From NCBI GenBank assembly GCA_035084275.1, contig CM068750.1, forward strand, positions 4,526,001 through 4,590,000: DNA of 64,000 nucleotides. Reading direction: 5' to 3'. The stretch is from Hydrolagus colliei (lineage: Eukaryota). Each line of letters begins with the position of its first letter. The first letter of the stretch is position 1. The translations under genes and the position numbers were made by a program. The notes below the pieces were generated by a model. That model saw only the letters and a program-made list of their open reading frames with translations. It was not told the origin of the DNA and searched no databases. Shown here one piece after another: positions 24,003-37,215 of this stretch.

Positions 24003-26760
24003 GGCTGGGGATGGAAACATGTACACAATCCGATGGCACAGCACTGCAGGGCTAACGAGTTTCCTGAAGGTAGTTGGAGCTGATTCTAAAGTGTCCTTTT
24101 CCTGACGTGTGTTAAACAGCAGAAAGTTTTCAGGTACCTCATGTTGTCAGCAAGAAATAAGAGAAGCAAACACTGATCATTTATCCACTTTGGAGTTTGC
24201 GTCGAGTCTGCAGCTCCGATTTATTTCACGTACAGTCATCTGTGGAAATGCACTTGTGAGTGCTTTTCGCATTCCCGGAAACATAACTCAAAGTTAATGA
24301 GATAAGTATTGAATCCTTTGAAAGGAAACCACTCAGGAGTCAGAATACGAAATGGCGAAAGCACAGTTGGTACTGTTTAATTGACGGTCAACCATTTTCC
24401 AGCCAAATGACGGTCACTACGAGAAACAGCAGTGCACTCAAAACAGCCCGAGGCATATTTCCCTCCCTGCGGGGAAGCACTTGACTTGTGCTGAATTGCG
24501 CAGCTGAGATTGAAGGCTCAATGCGGGGGGGAATCGAGGGATGATTGAGGTGTTTGTATGAATCATTGGAATTGACAAGGTAGGCAGAAGAAGTGTGTTT
24601 TCGTCTTTGTCGAGGAATCCAACACAAAAGACACACACACAAACACAATCTTACAATTAGAGCTGAAATGTCTTCCAGTGAAGCCAAATATACGTTTGCA
24701 CACAGTGGGACGCCACACTGTAAGGTGAACTGCCTCAGGCCAAATGCACTGTGACATCTGAGAGGGTCTTTGTGATGGGTAAATAGTATGATATTTAGGA
24801 ATATCGATAAGATAGCTATTACTGTTCCTCATCTTGAGGAACATCTGCCAGTCAGCCACTAAGATTACCGATTACAGATTACACTAAAAGTCATTCTGTG
24901 TGTGCAGTTTGTTTTAGGCTAAGCCATTGAAATCGGTTATTACTGTATTATTAAACACTTTAAAGACACAGACCCACTCCCATAACTCGCAGAGTTTATT
25001 CACTGAGTAACTTAGCCTTACAGATTGTCCACGATTAGTTCATCTTAGTCGAGGTGCCTTTAAAGAACGTTTTGATGTGGCCTCAATGCTGATAGCCAGG
25101 CAACCATATTATTTTCCAATGGCTTTATTGGAAGATAATGGTGTAGAGTTAATTTATTTTTGCTGAGATGAAGGGTAGGGCGCTGGGACGGCACTTAGCA
25201 AGGTGGATATTTGAGAAAAAGTCAGAGAGGTCTAGATCAATTATGTAGAGCTGGTGTGGGTTATTTTATTATAGTATGGTTCACCCAGAATATTTCTTGG
25301 AGGAAATTATATGCTGTCAAGGTGAAGGCCTGTTACTGTCACTTTCGCTTTCGTTGGCAAACTAAAAATGACAGGTCCAGGGCTCCAACTGCATGTTCAT
25401 CTGCAACATTATGAGGATAAAATGTCGCCTATTAATCAAGAGCCCTTTACCGCCATCAACCATTCTGTCGCCTTTGTTTTCCTTTTTCAAAAGACCGATT
25501 ATAATGGGAGAATATGTTTTAATTTGTGAATTAATATGATTTAATTTGCAACGCAATATAAAACAACTGGATGTGAGCTTGCAGACACCGTGAATAGAAC
25601 ACCATTCAGATCTGCTGTCAGAGCTGTTTTAAGGTTTTTGCAAGATGTCCATATAGGATGTCAGTGTACATTTCAGTGTATTGTCTGACTAACGAAGAAA
25701 TGCAGAGCTCCTCAAACACTTCTGCCTGTTCTATTCTATTCTAAGTGTTTTGTTTTATGGAGGTCCAGCCATCACCGTGAGTGTGAAATGAGATTGGCAT
25801 CGTAGAGGTGGAGGCAATGTGTTAATCAGAAAGAACAGAGACAGCTGGTGTTAAAATGGTGAAGCCTGACAGACATGACTGGTGTCCTCCCTGAGCCAGT
25901 CCAATTCTGGATCAGGAAGATTAGGATGTACTGTATAAGACTGCAGACAACCAATTTTGGGGCTGGTCACAAAATTTTTAAAAAGAAAAATGACTCCATC
26001 TCACCTAGCCTTCACTAAATAACTATCCAATAATGTGCAATGTATCCTGCAGGAAGCAAACCAAATACATTTTTTAGCTATAGATCAATGTGGAAAGGAG
26101 AACGTTATTGAAATAACACTCATCCACAACCCATCGGGACTGTCTAAAACACTGGTCCAATTTCATTGGAAGAAGCCTATAGCCAAATGCATTGATGTGC
26201 ATGTAGCAAAAGAAACCCTGTTGATTTTTAAACAATTTTGGATCCGTCATTTGTGAACGGGCTGTCGAGAAGATTAGACAAGGTTTAACGCAGCAAAGCA
26301 TTGCATGAGTAAAGAACAATTTTGCTGCCTGAATTAACAGAGAGAGAATTGTGTAATTGATTTAATTGGACTTTTTTGGGGTGGGGATTAGATCTTAAGA
26401 ACAAAATGTTCAGGCAGACATTAAAGATCCAATGATGCTATTGCAAAAGAGAAGCAACATTTTTCCAGTATATCCTTGCGAGCAATCCGCCAGATGAATT
26501 AGTTATTCACTTCAGGCCTGTTTGTGGGACCACGCTGGCTGAATAGCTTGCTCATTAGTCAACAAAAACAATCACTACACTTGAGAACAATAACCTCTAA
26601 AGCACGTTGAGTCATTGACTCGATGTGGGGTTATAAACACCATTTTTTGTGCTTCTGTCTTGAATTAAAATGTCCCATCCTCCTTTATTAGCAAATCAAA
26701 TAAAGGTTGAGAAAGATGAAAGCACCATCATTAATATTAAATTGTTAAAAGGATACACCA

Positions 26761-26875
26761 ATAATAATAATCCTTGCATTTGATGTAGAACCTGATCACG
26801 TCATCAAGACATCTCAAAGCACATCACTGAATACTGTACTGTAAAGTGAATTGACTGTATATTTATTTGTTGGCA
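26761..26875 (-). mobile_element. SINE 3' fragment
   Basis: Family tail motifs. Confidence 0.8.
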
Positions 26876-27559
26876 AAATGCATAAAAAGCAAACTACGCA
26901 AAACAAAACCATTAAAATTTTACATCTGCCACAATGAATGTAAAATAAAATCTCACTGGCGTTTGATCACAAGATTCGGCCTTCTCATCTTTACAAGCAA
27001 TGTTCTGCTCTGCGCTAGAAACATACACGTAATTGGCAACGCAATTTAATTAGTGCCGGGCCTCACCGTTACCTAGCTCTGCCATGTCAAACAGAAGTCT
27101 TGCTCCCTCCCACACGTGCAAGGCTGAATCACAGCCATTGTTTGTGTCTCTTTCGCCTCCTTAGATACCATCAGAAACAGCAGCCGCCTACACAAACCAT
27201 CAGTCTGCAACGCATGATAGGAAATGATTCGGAAGATTTTCCTCTGTAGATCTAATAGTTTTGATTTTTTTTTAATGCAATGCAGTTCAATCAAAGCTGT
27301 AATGTTGGTTGTCTGGAATTTTCCCTTCAGAGCTATTCCCAAGAAGAATCTAAATTTCAAACACTTTGGGCTAAACTACCCTTTTTTAAAAAAATATATT
27401 GCAAATGAGCGTACTATTTTTCCCGTGACTGCTAATCAATGTCATTCCTGAAGCCTGCCTGCCCTGATTAATAGCTTGGCACTTGGGAACAAATTGAGTC
27501 AACCTATGAAGATTGCCCTCTTCCCATTCGCTTTTATTACTGCGTATTTTATAACATCA

Positions 27560-27745
27560 TAATAATATTAAACCTGGCATTTGATGCTGTGCTTTATCTC
27601 TGAGCGTTTCACAGTATGTCCTCTAATGGGCAATGGCTGTAATAATAAGAATAATCCTTACATTTGATATAGTGCTGTATATTTGTGGGCGAATGTGGCA
27701 GCTACTTTGTCCCACAAACAGCCATAAAGTCAATGGCCAATTTTA
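27560..27745 (-). mobile_element. Degraded, internally deleted SINE fragments
   Basis: Tail motifs at about 27560-27620 and 27640-27745. Confidence 0.65.
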
Positions 27746-28095
27746 TCTGGAGGTTTGTTGGCCCAGAACAACATGATGGGACTCACATTGTGGGAGAGTG
27801 GGGTGGGGAAATGTGGTATGGTGGTAAGTGTGAGCAGTATTGTATCATATCACACCGCACCTCCACTCCAATCCCACTTTATTAAATCTAACTTTAACTA
27901 TTTGTCTCTTCTGCCGTTAGATTTTGTCCTGTCACTGGATATTGGAAAGGTGCCGAAGGTTTAGAATAGCTGAACAATCAGAAAGGTTTAAGATTGTACA
28001 CCTTAACGAGGTATACCATTTGCATATAGCTTCTGGTGATCTATGATTACCTACAGTCAGCCTTGTGTCATGCTGCCTTTGCTAACAACTGTCTC

Positions 28096-28358
28096 GCCCG
28101 CCCCACCATTGGCGGATGGGCCTCTAGAAGTCCATCCCATTGTCCCTCCACTCACTCACTCCCACCCTTCCCTCCTTCAAGACCCATCTCAAGACTTTCC
28201 TCTTCAACCATGCCTTTGGTTACCCTCCTTCCCCCCCACCGCCCTCCGCCCTCCCCAACCTCCAGCTCTGAAGCACTGATTGTCCAGCGCCTTGGGACAT
28301 CCTCTCGACCTGAAAGACGTTACACAAGTGTCATTTTGTTGTTGTTGTTGCTGCTGCT
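28096..28358 (+). mobile_element. Degraded L2 3' end
   Basis: CCCACCATTGGCGGATGGGCC...CAGCGCCTTGGGACATCC...(TTG)n. Confidence 0.85.
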
Positions 28359-29960
28359 GGGTGGTAATCAACCTGTTCTGCAAATGGCATAACTATGTTC
28401 GCTAAAGCAATGTATTTTTGTGCATAAATAAGCCGCTGAAGCAATTGCAATTACCATTCCCTGACAGACTCGGATCTCTGTCAAGCATGAATAAGCTATG
28501 TGGTAGAAGCATTCCCTCCTCACTATTTATAGCCCTTTTTATATAAAGCCAAAGCTGCAATGACACGTGAATATATCTGCTGTTAGCGGTTGGCTTTCTG
28601 GCACAATATTACGTTCAGGAAACAATTGGCTCCTGACAACAGTAAATGTGAAGTTCAACCACTCTGCGAGGATTAACAGGGTGTCTAGATGACCTCTTCG
28701 GAAAAGGAGGGAGGATAATAGTGGAAATGCCGAGATGGAGGCCTGACGATCTCCGCATTCTCGAGAGAAAAGCGGATTTGAACATCTAAATATAGCCTAC
28801 AGTCGTCACTCAGCTGGTACCCAGTGAAACAGCATCGGATTCTGCTTCATTTTTGATTTCTGCTTTACATGGCCCTTGAACAAAGATAGTGGTCCCCAAA
28901 TCATTTCTCAATGCACACTGATGTGCCTAGTCGCAGGAGCGTTCAGCCCCAAACCAGTCAATAATTATTGACTGAAGGTTAGCAGTATCATAACAGATTT
29001 GATGCAACAATTATCACATTGAATGTGTCATGAAACGTTATAAGCTTGCTCTTTTGTATGAGTTGAGTGACTGCCATTCATTTGTCGCTCGGTTGTTTAT
29101 GACAGAGCATTGCTATCTGACTGATGGATCCTGAGCAACTCACTACACAGGTAGAGAGTACCACAAAAGGTGGTACTCTCCTGCATTGCACTATTCTCAT
29201 GCCAATGAGTCCAAAAGTTGGTCATCCAAGTTCTTTTGAGTTTCTTCCTTCCAGCCACTGCAAACCTGTTCTGGCAGATTTTAGTTTTCCTTCAAAGTAT
29301 AAACCGTGTTAGGTCAGCAACAAGAACTGGTGAAAGGTTCACTCTTGTAGAAAAGTGTTTGGCTACTTAACTAGATTTAAAAAAAAGTTATTCCCCTAAC
29401 GAAGTGGGACAGAAAGGATATTGTCTTGATGGAAATTGGAATATAACAATGCCCTGTATCAAATTATTATTATGCATTATTATGATGATGACTATCCATC
29501 AACCTTAAACCCAAACTGCACCGTTGCAATTAGGCACTTGTTTAATCTACAAAAAGTACAGCGCAACGGAAATAAACCAGCAATTACCATTTACAACACA
29601 CCTCATCCCCACCCAAGCCAACATGCGGTTTTGTTTTAGCAGAATGCTGTGATCTCGCTGATAGTGCAATGTTCCCTGCAGTTATCGTTGTGTTTATGTT
29701 TCCTTTCAATTTCCATGGCGATCCCGTTGCATAGTAAAATTTGGGGAGTTCTGCAGGGTACAGGAGAGAGAGAGAGAGAGAGAGAGAGAAAAACACCATT
29801 GCCATGGATACATCTACAACAAACTCAGGGCTGAGAGTACTTTGAACGGAAACCCTAGCAGCGTGTATGTCCCGTGTGTGGCTCTACGATCCAAGATTTG
29901 GAACAATCCAAAATGCGCAAACTCTTGAGCTCACAGCAGCACAGCAGAGTCGGCTGAAGG

Positions 29961-30205
29961 CAGTGGCTTCCAAACTTTGAATAGTCGCGCACCCCCCTCC
30001 CCCTAACTCAGCAACGTTTTTGTTGAACCCCACCCATCACACTCGGCTCCACACACTTGGGTCCTCGGTTCCGCCTCGGCTCCACACGCACTCGATGGCT
30101 CGAGACGCGAAAGCTCCTTGCCCCCTCCCCTTCCCCCCCACCCCACCCAGCCAACGGTACGCGCTCCCCCTAAGAGAGGCGAGCCCCACAGTTTGGAAAC
30201 CACTG
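29961..30205. mobile_element. Non-autonomous hAT (Charlie-like) DNA transposon/MITE, 245 bp
   Basis: TIRs CAGTGGCTTCCAAACT / AGTTTGGAAACCACTG (15/16 match) and an 8-bp TSD GCTGAAGG (29953-29960) / GCTTAAGG (30206-30213). Confidence 0.88.
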
Positions 30206-30739
30206 GCTTAAGGTGACACAAAACAGCCACACTGACTATTGTAACACATCCTCCACCTCCAGCAGCAACCCCAAGTTTGAAACACTGAAACACCCCCACC
30301 CCACCAAATAAGATGTAATTTTGGCTGGTTTTGAAGTACAGTGTTGTTCCCTCAGGCTCAGAAGGTCAATCTGCCCCTAACTCCTGCGGGGGGTAATTGC
30401 AGCCCATGTTTGACAACTCCCTGTAATCACGAGAAGACAAACAGCCAATGCTGCTGAGGTGCAGAGTTTGACCTGGATTAACGTTTCCATTCCTGAGGCC
30501 AATTATGCAACATACCCAGAAATGTTTGCAAACAGTGTGCAATTCATCAGCTTCTTTTAACCCATGGGGGGAAAAAAAACCTGTCTTCTAAATCCAGCTT
30601 CGTGCCTTGTGACATTCCAGTTCTCTCAGCTGATTCCCATGTTCCTACCATGGGGCCATGTTGTTCTGTATTGCACTGTATTTAAACTGCTTTACGCAGA
30701 GTGTAGTGAGAATATAGAACTCACTGTCGGACAATAAGA

Positions 30740-30865
30740 GTGGTTTCAAAGCAAAAAGTATCGAGGTATTGAAGAGGAAACTTGATGAATATATGAGGGA
30801 GAGAGAAGGGAATAGGGGGTGTATAGTTGGGCTGAATGACCTGCTTCCCGTAGAATATTATTTTA
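30740..30865 (+). mobile_element. Degraded CR1-like 3' end
   Basis: TTGAAGAGGAAACTTGATGAATATATG...TGGGCTGAATGACCTG. Confidence 0.65.
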
Positions 30866-32507
30866 TGCAAATAGAATTTGAGGGGAAGTTTTTGGTCAAA
30901 TGTTATGCTGAACGTCAATGAGCTAACTTGACTTCATAGCCATCTCTATTATTCCTCATCCACTTTCCTCTGTCGCAGACGGCTCCCCTAGCCAGAGGTG
31001 AGGCAGTCCACGCACAGCGACCTCCTTGGGCTATGTAATACCGTAGCTGACAGGAGCTGTGCTTTGGGTGATGATATCTTCTTACCCATTTCCCTCTCCA
31101 TCAGATGTAAAACACAGGCAGAAGACCTATGACAGATACCCAAACCTAGCTTCCATGTAATGAAAAACTTTAGTAAAACAGAAGCACAAAGTAATCACAC
31201 TAATGTTACATTACAAAGTAGCACGCACATGTTAAAAATGATGCTGGATGACTGACCAGCCAAAGAAAAAACATGTCCCATTACTTTGGCCAAGCTAGGC
31301 TGTGTTCAATAGGGTCAGGCACTGATAATACACTGTTAAAACATCTATTTAAACCTGGAGCCCTGGACAATATATTCTCCAGGTAGCCTAAAACAAGAGA
31401 TGTAAGGCCACCCGACACATCTGATCTCCAGTTAAAGCAATGTCTATTAATAAACAGGATTTAATAGAATTCAGGACATCTGTCTCATTAAATAATTGCC
31501 TTTGAATGTGGAGCTGAGACACTCAGCAACAAAGAAGCATGTTTACAAGGGACTATTCTCCCTCTACATAAGCCTTTCCAAAGATGCATTAGACGACAAC
31601 AAAGCTGTGTTCGGGCAAGAGTACATCTGCTTTATCCTATTATAGTACTTTCATTTAGCAGTTTTCAAGAATACAGTCTTTTCCTATTTATCGCAAAATG
31701 CTTTCTCAAAAAGGCCTCAGTATGACTGGCTGTCTGTGTTTTAAAAAAAAACATTTATCTGAACAGCAGAAATAAGTAAATGCGAGCGAGCCAATTACTT
31801 ACTACTCGCATTTGCATGACACGGGTGACTGCTAATTCGTTTGGTTAAAATCCAGATGCCAATTATTCCTAGCTGCTTTGCCCATTGTTTGGGATGTCGA
31901 TCGACTTTGGGGAGTTACAGAAAACACAACCCAGTGACTGCTTCCAACCAGGCTCCAGATAACTGCAAATGGCTGAACAGTAACGGAGTTTTGATCCTGA
32001 GTAATTTTGGTTTTTTTCACCGCTGGGACATACACGAGGGACGTCAGTCTGGACCTTTCCGGAGGTAGTTTATAGACTTGAAAATCCCCAATTATACTTG
32101 CAGTGCAATTGGAATCTAGTGCAGATCGATGTTGTGTGATGCAATATAAGCGAGTGTATCCTCCCATTCCTTCCTTGACATCACTCGTGTATCAATAAGC
32201 TGACTGACACATGCACTGACTCTTTAATCGACACAAAACAGCAAGAGATTTTGCACCAAGTGTTTCCAACAGTCTGAACAGTCTGACACAAATCTCCTAC
32301 TTCACAGCCTTAAGCTTCCACCAGGTTCAAGGGGCAGGAGGTTTTAAATCTGATTTAATAGTGATTCACCATGTTTCAGTTGTAAATTCCCAATAAAACA
32401 ACACACATGCAAATTCGAGTATTAATGAACCTCCGAATCGATCCAATTAAACTGCACCATGATCCAACATCAGAACCCAAGGAATATAGATCAAGTAAAG
32501 ACATTTC

Positions 32508-32686
32508 AATCCATTTTCAATCCATGACTGTTTGGGGGACACTGCTGTGCGCAATTGGCTGCCTCGTTTCACTCACAAATATACAGTCAATTCACTTTGC
32601 TGTATAGTCTGTGAAGCGCTTTGAAATGTCTAAAAATGACGTGAAAAGTGCCACATCAAATGCAAGGATTATTATTATTATTATTA
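32508..32686 (+). mobile_element. SINE 3' half
   Basis: CAATCCATGACTGTTTGGGGGACACTGCTGTGCGCAATTGG...GGATT(ATT)n. Confidence 0.9.
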
Positions 32687-33788
32687 GCCCTGCATTTTTC
32701 ACAGGCCTTCCTAGGTTTAGCCTGATGTGAATTTCACCCTCCCATCCCCCCACGCTCCCCCAAACCCATTTGATCTCCTGGGGGAGGTTTCACATGGATG
32801 CTCATTGCGTCCCAAAGGTAATGAAGCAAAACTTCCAGACAGCATAATTCCCCCATCACAGAGGCACCAAAATCATTGTGTTTAATAGAGTATTTGTTCC
32901 CTTCAGTCTGCACAGCTCCCAGATCCTCCAACAGTACTGTTCTCGAGCAGAAACGTACTCCGTTCTTTTATTGAAGGAGATAATCAATGGGATTCTGCTC
33001 CACACATTCATCAGATCTGATTGATGTTCAATAAAGTTCTGAATTTTAAACAAAACAGGCTTCAAAAAGTGCACAGCTTCACTACAGTAAACCATGATAA
33101 TTGATTGTGTGTCCCTGCTCAGTTTACATGACATGTATTAAAGCTAATTTAAATATAGCAGACATTAAACTGCAGGACAGTGGCATCCATTCCAATCCCT
33201 ATTTATGAACATCAGTTAAAGCACTAATAGGATTATACTCTGCTCCACATTTACACCATTATCTTTCAAACGCATAATACCACCACTTGGAGGCGTTGGG
33301 AGGTGGGGGTGGGGGCGTTGAGAGGTGGGGCAGTGAATTTAAAAAGAGACAATCTACTTTTTTAAGCTCGTTGACATGTTTTTCAATTTTGAAAACAAAA
33401 TAATTTATGGATTTGAAGAAATATGTTATTTCGCCAATGATTTGACACAGCATGCTCAACGGCTGAGTGAAAGTGATTTCACTTTGTTCCTCTGTGTATG
33501 AAATCTGAACACAATTGAATCTACAGTATTTAGTTAGACCAACGTTTGCATTCCTCATCCAGTAGGAGCAAATGATTGAAAGTTTAAAGGTTAACAACAA
33601 CAAAATTACACTCGTATAGCGCCTTTCATGTCAGGAGTACGTCACAAGGCGCTTACAAGTTTAAAGAGTGAAAAGTGAATTGCTCAAATAAGAACAGAGT
33701 CCGTCTATTGACTCACCAGCTATTATCTTTTGTTTTCCTGCGCTGAATATGATCACGAGGGACAATTCTGGCAAAGATTACATACAGA

Positions 33789-33980
33789 AAATAATAATAA
33801 TAATCCTTGGATTAGATATGGTGCTTTTCACGTCTTCTAGACGTCTCAAAGTGCTGCACAGAAAGTGAATCGACTGTATATTTGTGGGTGAAACGCAGCA
33901 ACCAATGCACAGTGTTGCACAAACAGCCGTGGATTGAAATGACCAATTTATTGCTGGGGTTTTTTCTTGAGGGATTATTA
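33789..33980 (-). mobile_element. SINE 3' two-thirds
   Basis: Family body and tail. Confidence 0.88.
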
Positions 33981-35089
33981 TGAATCCCAAGAAGCACGGT
34001 ACAAAATGACAACAATTTTAACCCAAGCATTTCTATAGCTCTTACTTGGAGCTCAAAATCAAACTCGATTTGCACACGTTTGGTAGAACAATGCGTTCAG
34101 CAGCCCACCAGAAGATGCAAGTCTCGTTCGCTTGTTACTTTTTTCGATGCTTCAAAATACTATATATTTATCCACATTGCATCACGAAAGCACAAAGTAA
34201 AGCTAAGGAATGATAACCTGGGTTTGGCTCCTGAGCTGTCGAATGATCAGCCTGAATCAGTTCTTCTGGAATAGGTTTCATATTCACCACACCTTCATCA
34301 AGACCTGAAGGAGCTAAACTCATGGAATCTACCAAACTCTGCATAGGATGCCTTTCTGTCCACAACTTGTTTGAGTCAACAGCCGGCTGCAGTGATGGTG
34401 GAAGATGAATAACAGCACACTCTCCGTGTAATCTTTCTTTAAGCTACAGTATTAACATCTTGGTGACGTCATTAAGACCGGACTTAAGACAGTTACAAAT
34501 GAAACCTGTTTTGAAATCCAGTCTTTAAATCAATTCTGCGGCTTAAGAGTTCTGGTGAGGTTAACGTCAAAAGTATTAAACATCATTTGATCATGAAAGG
34601 CAAAAATTGAATATGTGGAGTACAGATCCACTGTAAAACCTATCGAACGCAAAAGCAATGGCTTGGGTTTGCGGTGGATAGCTACAAGACCAAAGCTAAT
34701 AATCTGAGTTGGTTTCTTGCTGCGTATTTACCGCTTGCCAGCAAAATGTGCTCTGTAATCAGCAAAGTCAAGGCTTTTAATTGGAAGAGTATACAATCCG
34801 CACAGTATGCCATTGTTTTTCTCTAAAAAAAAATTGTAATATTGAAACAGGGAGGTATTGTACTGTGCACCCCTTATCTTCAAAGATCCTGCAGTCAGCT
34901 CAGCAGTTACAGCTCTGTCAATCGTATCCTGATACACAGTGTTCCTGTTTTTGTTGTTTTGCCAGCAGCAAACGGAAAATGATGCAGCAGGGCTTGGATT
35001 AAATTGGACAAGATTTTGTTAATGCGTGGATCTGCTTGGGGGGTGTGAGGGGTGGTGGGGAAACAGCAACTTCAACAACAACTTTTGCC

Positions 35090-35286
35090 TGAAAAGGTGG
35101 CGGAGGCCGATTCCATGACAACTTTTAAAAGAGAAGCGGACATTTGTTTGGGGAAGATGGGTTTGCGCGGTTATGGGGAGAGAGAGAGCTGGGGAGTGGG
35201 ATTAAATTGCTCATTTTAAAGAGCCGGTACAGACTCGATGGGCTGAATGGCCTCTTTTTGTGCCGTAAGATTCTATGATTCTATGT
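35090..35286 (+). mobile_element. CR1-clade LINE 3' end
   Basis: KVAEADSMTTFKREADICL-like ORF2 end, then GATGGGCTGAATGGCCTC, then the terminal (ATTCTATG)2 octamer typical of CR1. Confidence 0.88.
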
Positions 35287-36147
35287 ACTTGCATTTATAT
35301 AGCACGACTCGCGCAGGATAGTGTCCCAGAGCACTATTGTTTAGCAAGGTTCTAGAGCAGTGTGATATGCTACAACGTGAATAGTTCCCATCAGATAATG
35401 TATGGTATTTTGTAGCTTTCTGACAGCTTTGTAATTGTGATTAATATACAGACAGTCTGACAGCAGAAGGTTCGAATCTGAAACATATGTACGTTTTTCA
35501 TTCGGGTTCAATTTCATTCCCATTTTAATTAGTCTAACCAGTGGCGCTAACAGTTTTTATCTTGCACACACCATTATAGGAATGACAGATGTCTACTATT
35601 AGAAGTGGATGGCTGAGACAGTGTTAATATTATTTAATCTAAACCCTTGTTACAAAACCCTTATTTTATAATTCATGGCCGAATATTATTCTGTGTGTAA
35701 CTTTCAGTACACTATGTTCTTAGTATCTTTATCTGTATACGCTACAATAAAGTAACAGGGCTTTTTTAATTTGTGATGCTATTGCTGCCCTGATCTGGGG
35801 TATAGTATATTATCCCCCAACCATATTGCAGTGAAATAACTGGGTAATACTGCAATTCAACTCACATAGCCCATAAATCCCAGATGACGTATCGATGACC
35901 CTCTGGAACGCAAGTCAGAACTCAGATCAGATCGAGGATTGGCCCAGGAGATGCTGTTTACAATCCTTTCACAAATATCGCCATATTAGATCCGCAATGT
36001 AACTATACCTCGGTTCCTATCCATCCATGAGAGCGGAGGTAATAAAATTGCAAGAGGGATTGAAGAGGAGAGAAAGTTTACGTGAAGTATTCATTCCTGG
36101 CACAAACTATAGGGGATGGATGGCCTGTTTCCGTACTGTTACCAGAC

Positions 36148-36640
36148 TTTGCGACCACATCACTCCCACCCTCGCCCGTCTCCACTGGCTCCCCATCCCC
36201 CAGAGGATCGAATTCAAGATCCTCGTCCTCACTTTCAAGGCCATTCCCGGCCTTGCCCACGCCTATCTCACTGACCTACTGTTTCCCTACCAGCCTGCCC
36301 GCACTCTCCGTTCAGCAGACTCAGGCCTGCTCCGCGTCTACCACCCTAACCGCCCAAACATCGGCGGCCGGGCTTTCAGCCTCTCTGCTCCCACACTGTG
36401 GAACTCCATCCCGCAGCCCCTGTACCTTGCCTCGTCCCTTTCCTCCTTCAAGGCTGGTTTCAAGACCTTCCTCTTCGACCGAGCCTTCGGTCCCCCCACT
36501 AACTCTCCCCCCTCTCCTCCCCCTGACCCTGACCCTCCCCCCACCACCCCGCTCGTGTCGCAACCTGACTGTTCAGCGCTTTGGGATGTCCTCCTGACGT
36601 GAAAGGTGCTATGCAAGTGGAATTGTTGGTGTTGTTATTA
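36148..36640 (+). mobile_element. 5'-truncated L2-clade LINE (ORF2 C-terminus, 3'UTR and tail)
   Basis: Translates to DHITPTLARLHWLPIPQRIEFKILVLTFKA...GGRAFSLSAPTLWNSIP...FKAGFKTFLF, the typical L2 ORF2 C-terminal motif set. The tail is CAGCGCTTTGGGATGTCCTCCTGACGTGAAAGGTGCTAT...(TTG)n. Confidence 0.95.
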
Positions 36641-36927
36641 TCAATCTATGTAAATGGAAACCTTTTCCCGATTGAGCAGTGCTCAGTCACTTTTTGACAT
36701 CAAGTCATTCTACTTTGAACAAATATCCAATAGAAACCGATTCAGAACCGTTTCCAAATTGGAAATGTATCGAGGAAAATCAAACCAAGAGCTTAAAATT
36801 ACCACATGATTTAATTCAGGTAAAGGGGTTTAATATAGAAGCCCGCTACACTCCTTCAGTCTGTTCCAGCCTCTTTCTCTGCTTGTGTCAATAAGACATA
36901 ATAACAATAATAATGACCCTTTAATAA

Positions 36928-37215
36928 CTGCTGTGCGCAATTGGCTGCTGCGTTTCGCCCACAAATATACAGTCAATTCAGTTTACAGTATAATCTGTGA
37001 AGCGCTTTGAGACGTCTAGAAGATGTGAAAAGCGCTATATCAAATGCAAGGATTATTATTATTATTATTATCAATGCCTTACCAGGTCTTCGAGACACGC
37101 TATAATACAAATGTAATTTTATTGATGTTGTTTCAAAGCACTTCCCGGAATATACTGTAATGTGAATTGACTGCATATTTTGTGGACAAAACAATCAGTC
37201 AATTTGCCAACAGTT
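36928..37215. mobile_element. Tail-to-tail SINE fragments (+ 36928-37070; - about 37125-37215)
   Basis: Family motifs in opposite orientations. Confidence 0.85.

Noticed and set aside
31086-31101. ATG GAG AGG GAA ATG G|GTAAGA, a minus-strand phase-1 micro-exon candidate
   Set aside because: Strong donor but only five codons and no promoter features; indistinguishable from a chance pseudo-site without RNA data.
36027-36602. 191-aa ORF as a host gene
   Set aside because: It is an L2 ORF2 C-terminal fragment fused by chance to upstream flanking sequence, with no RT or endonuclease domain.
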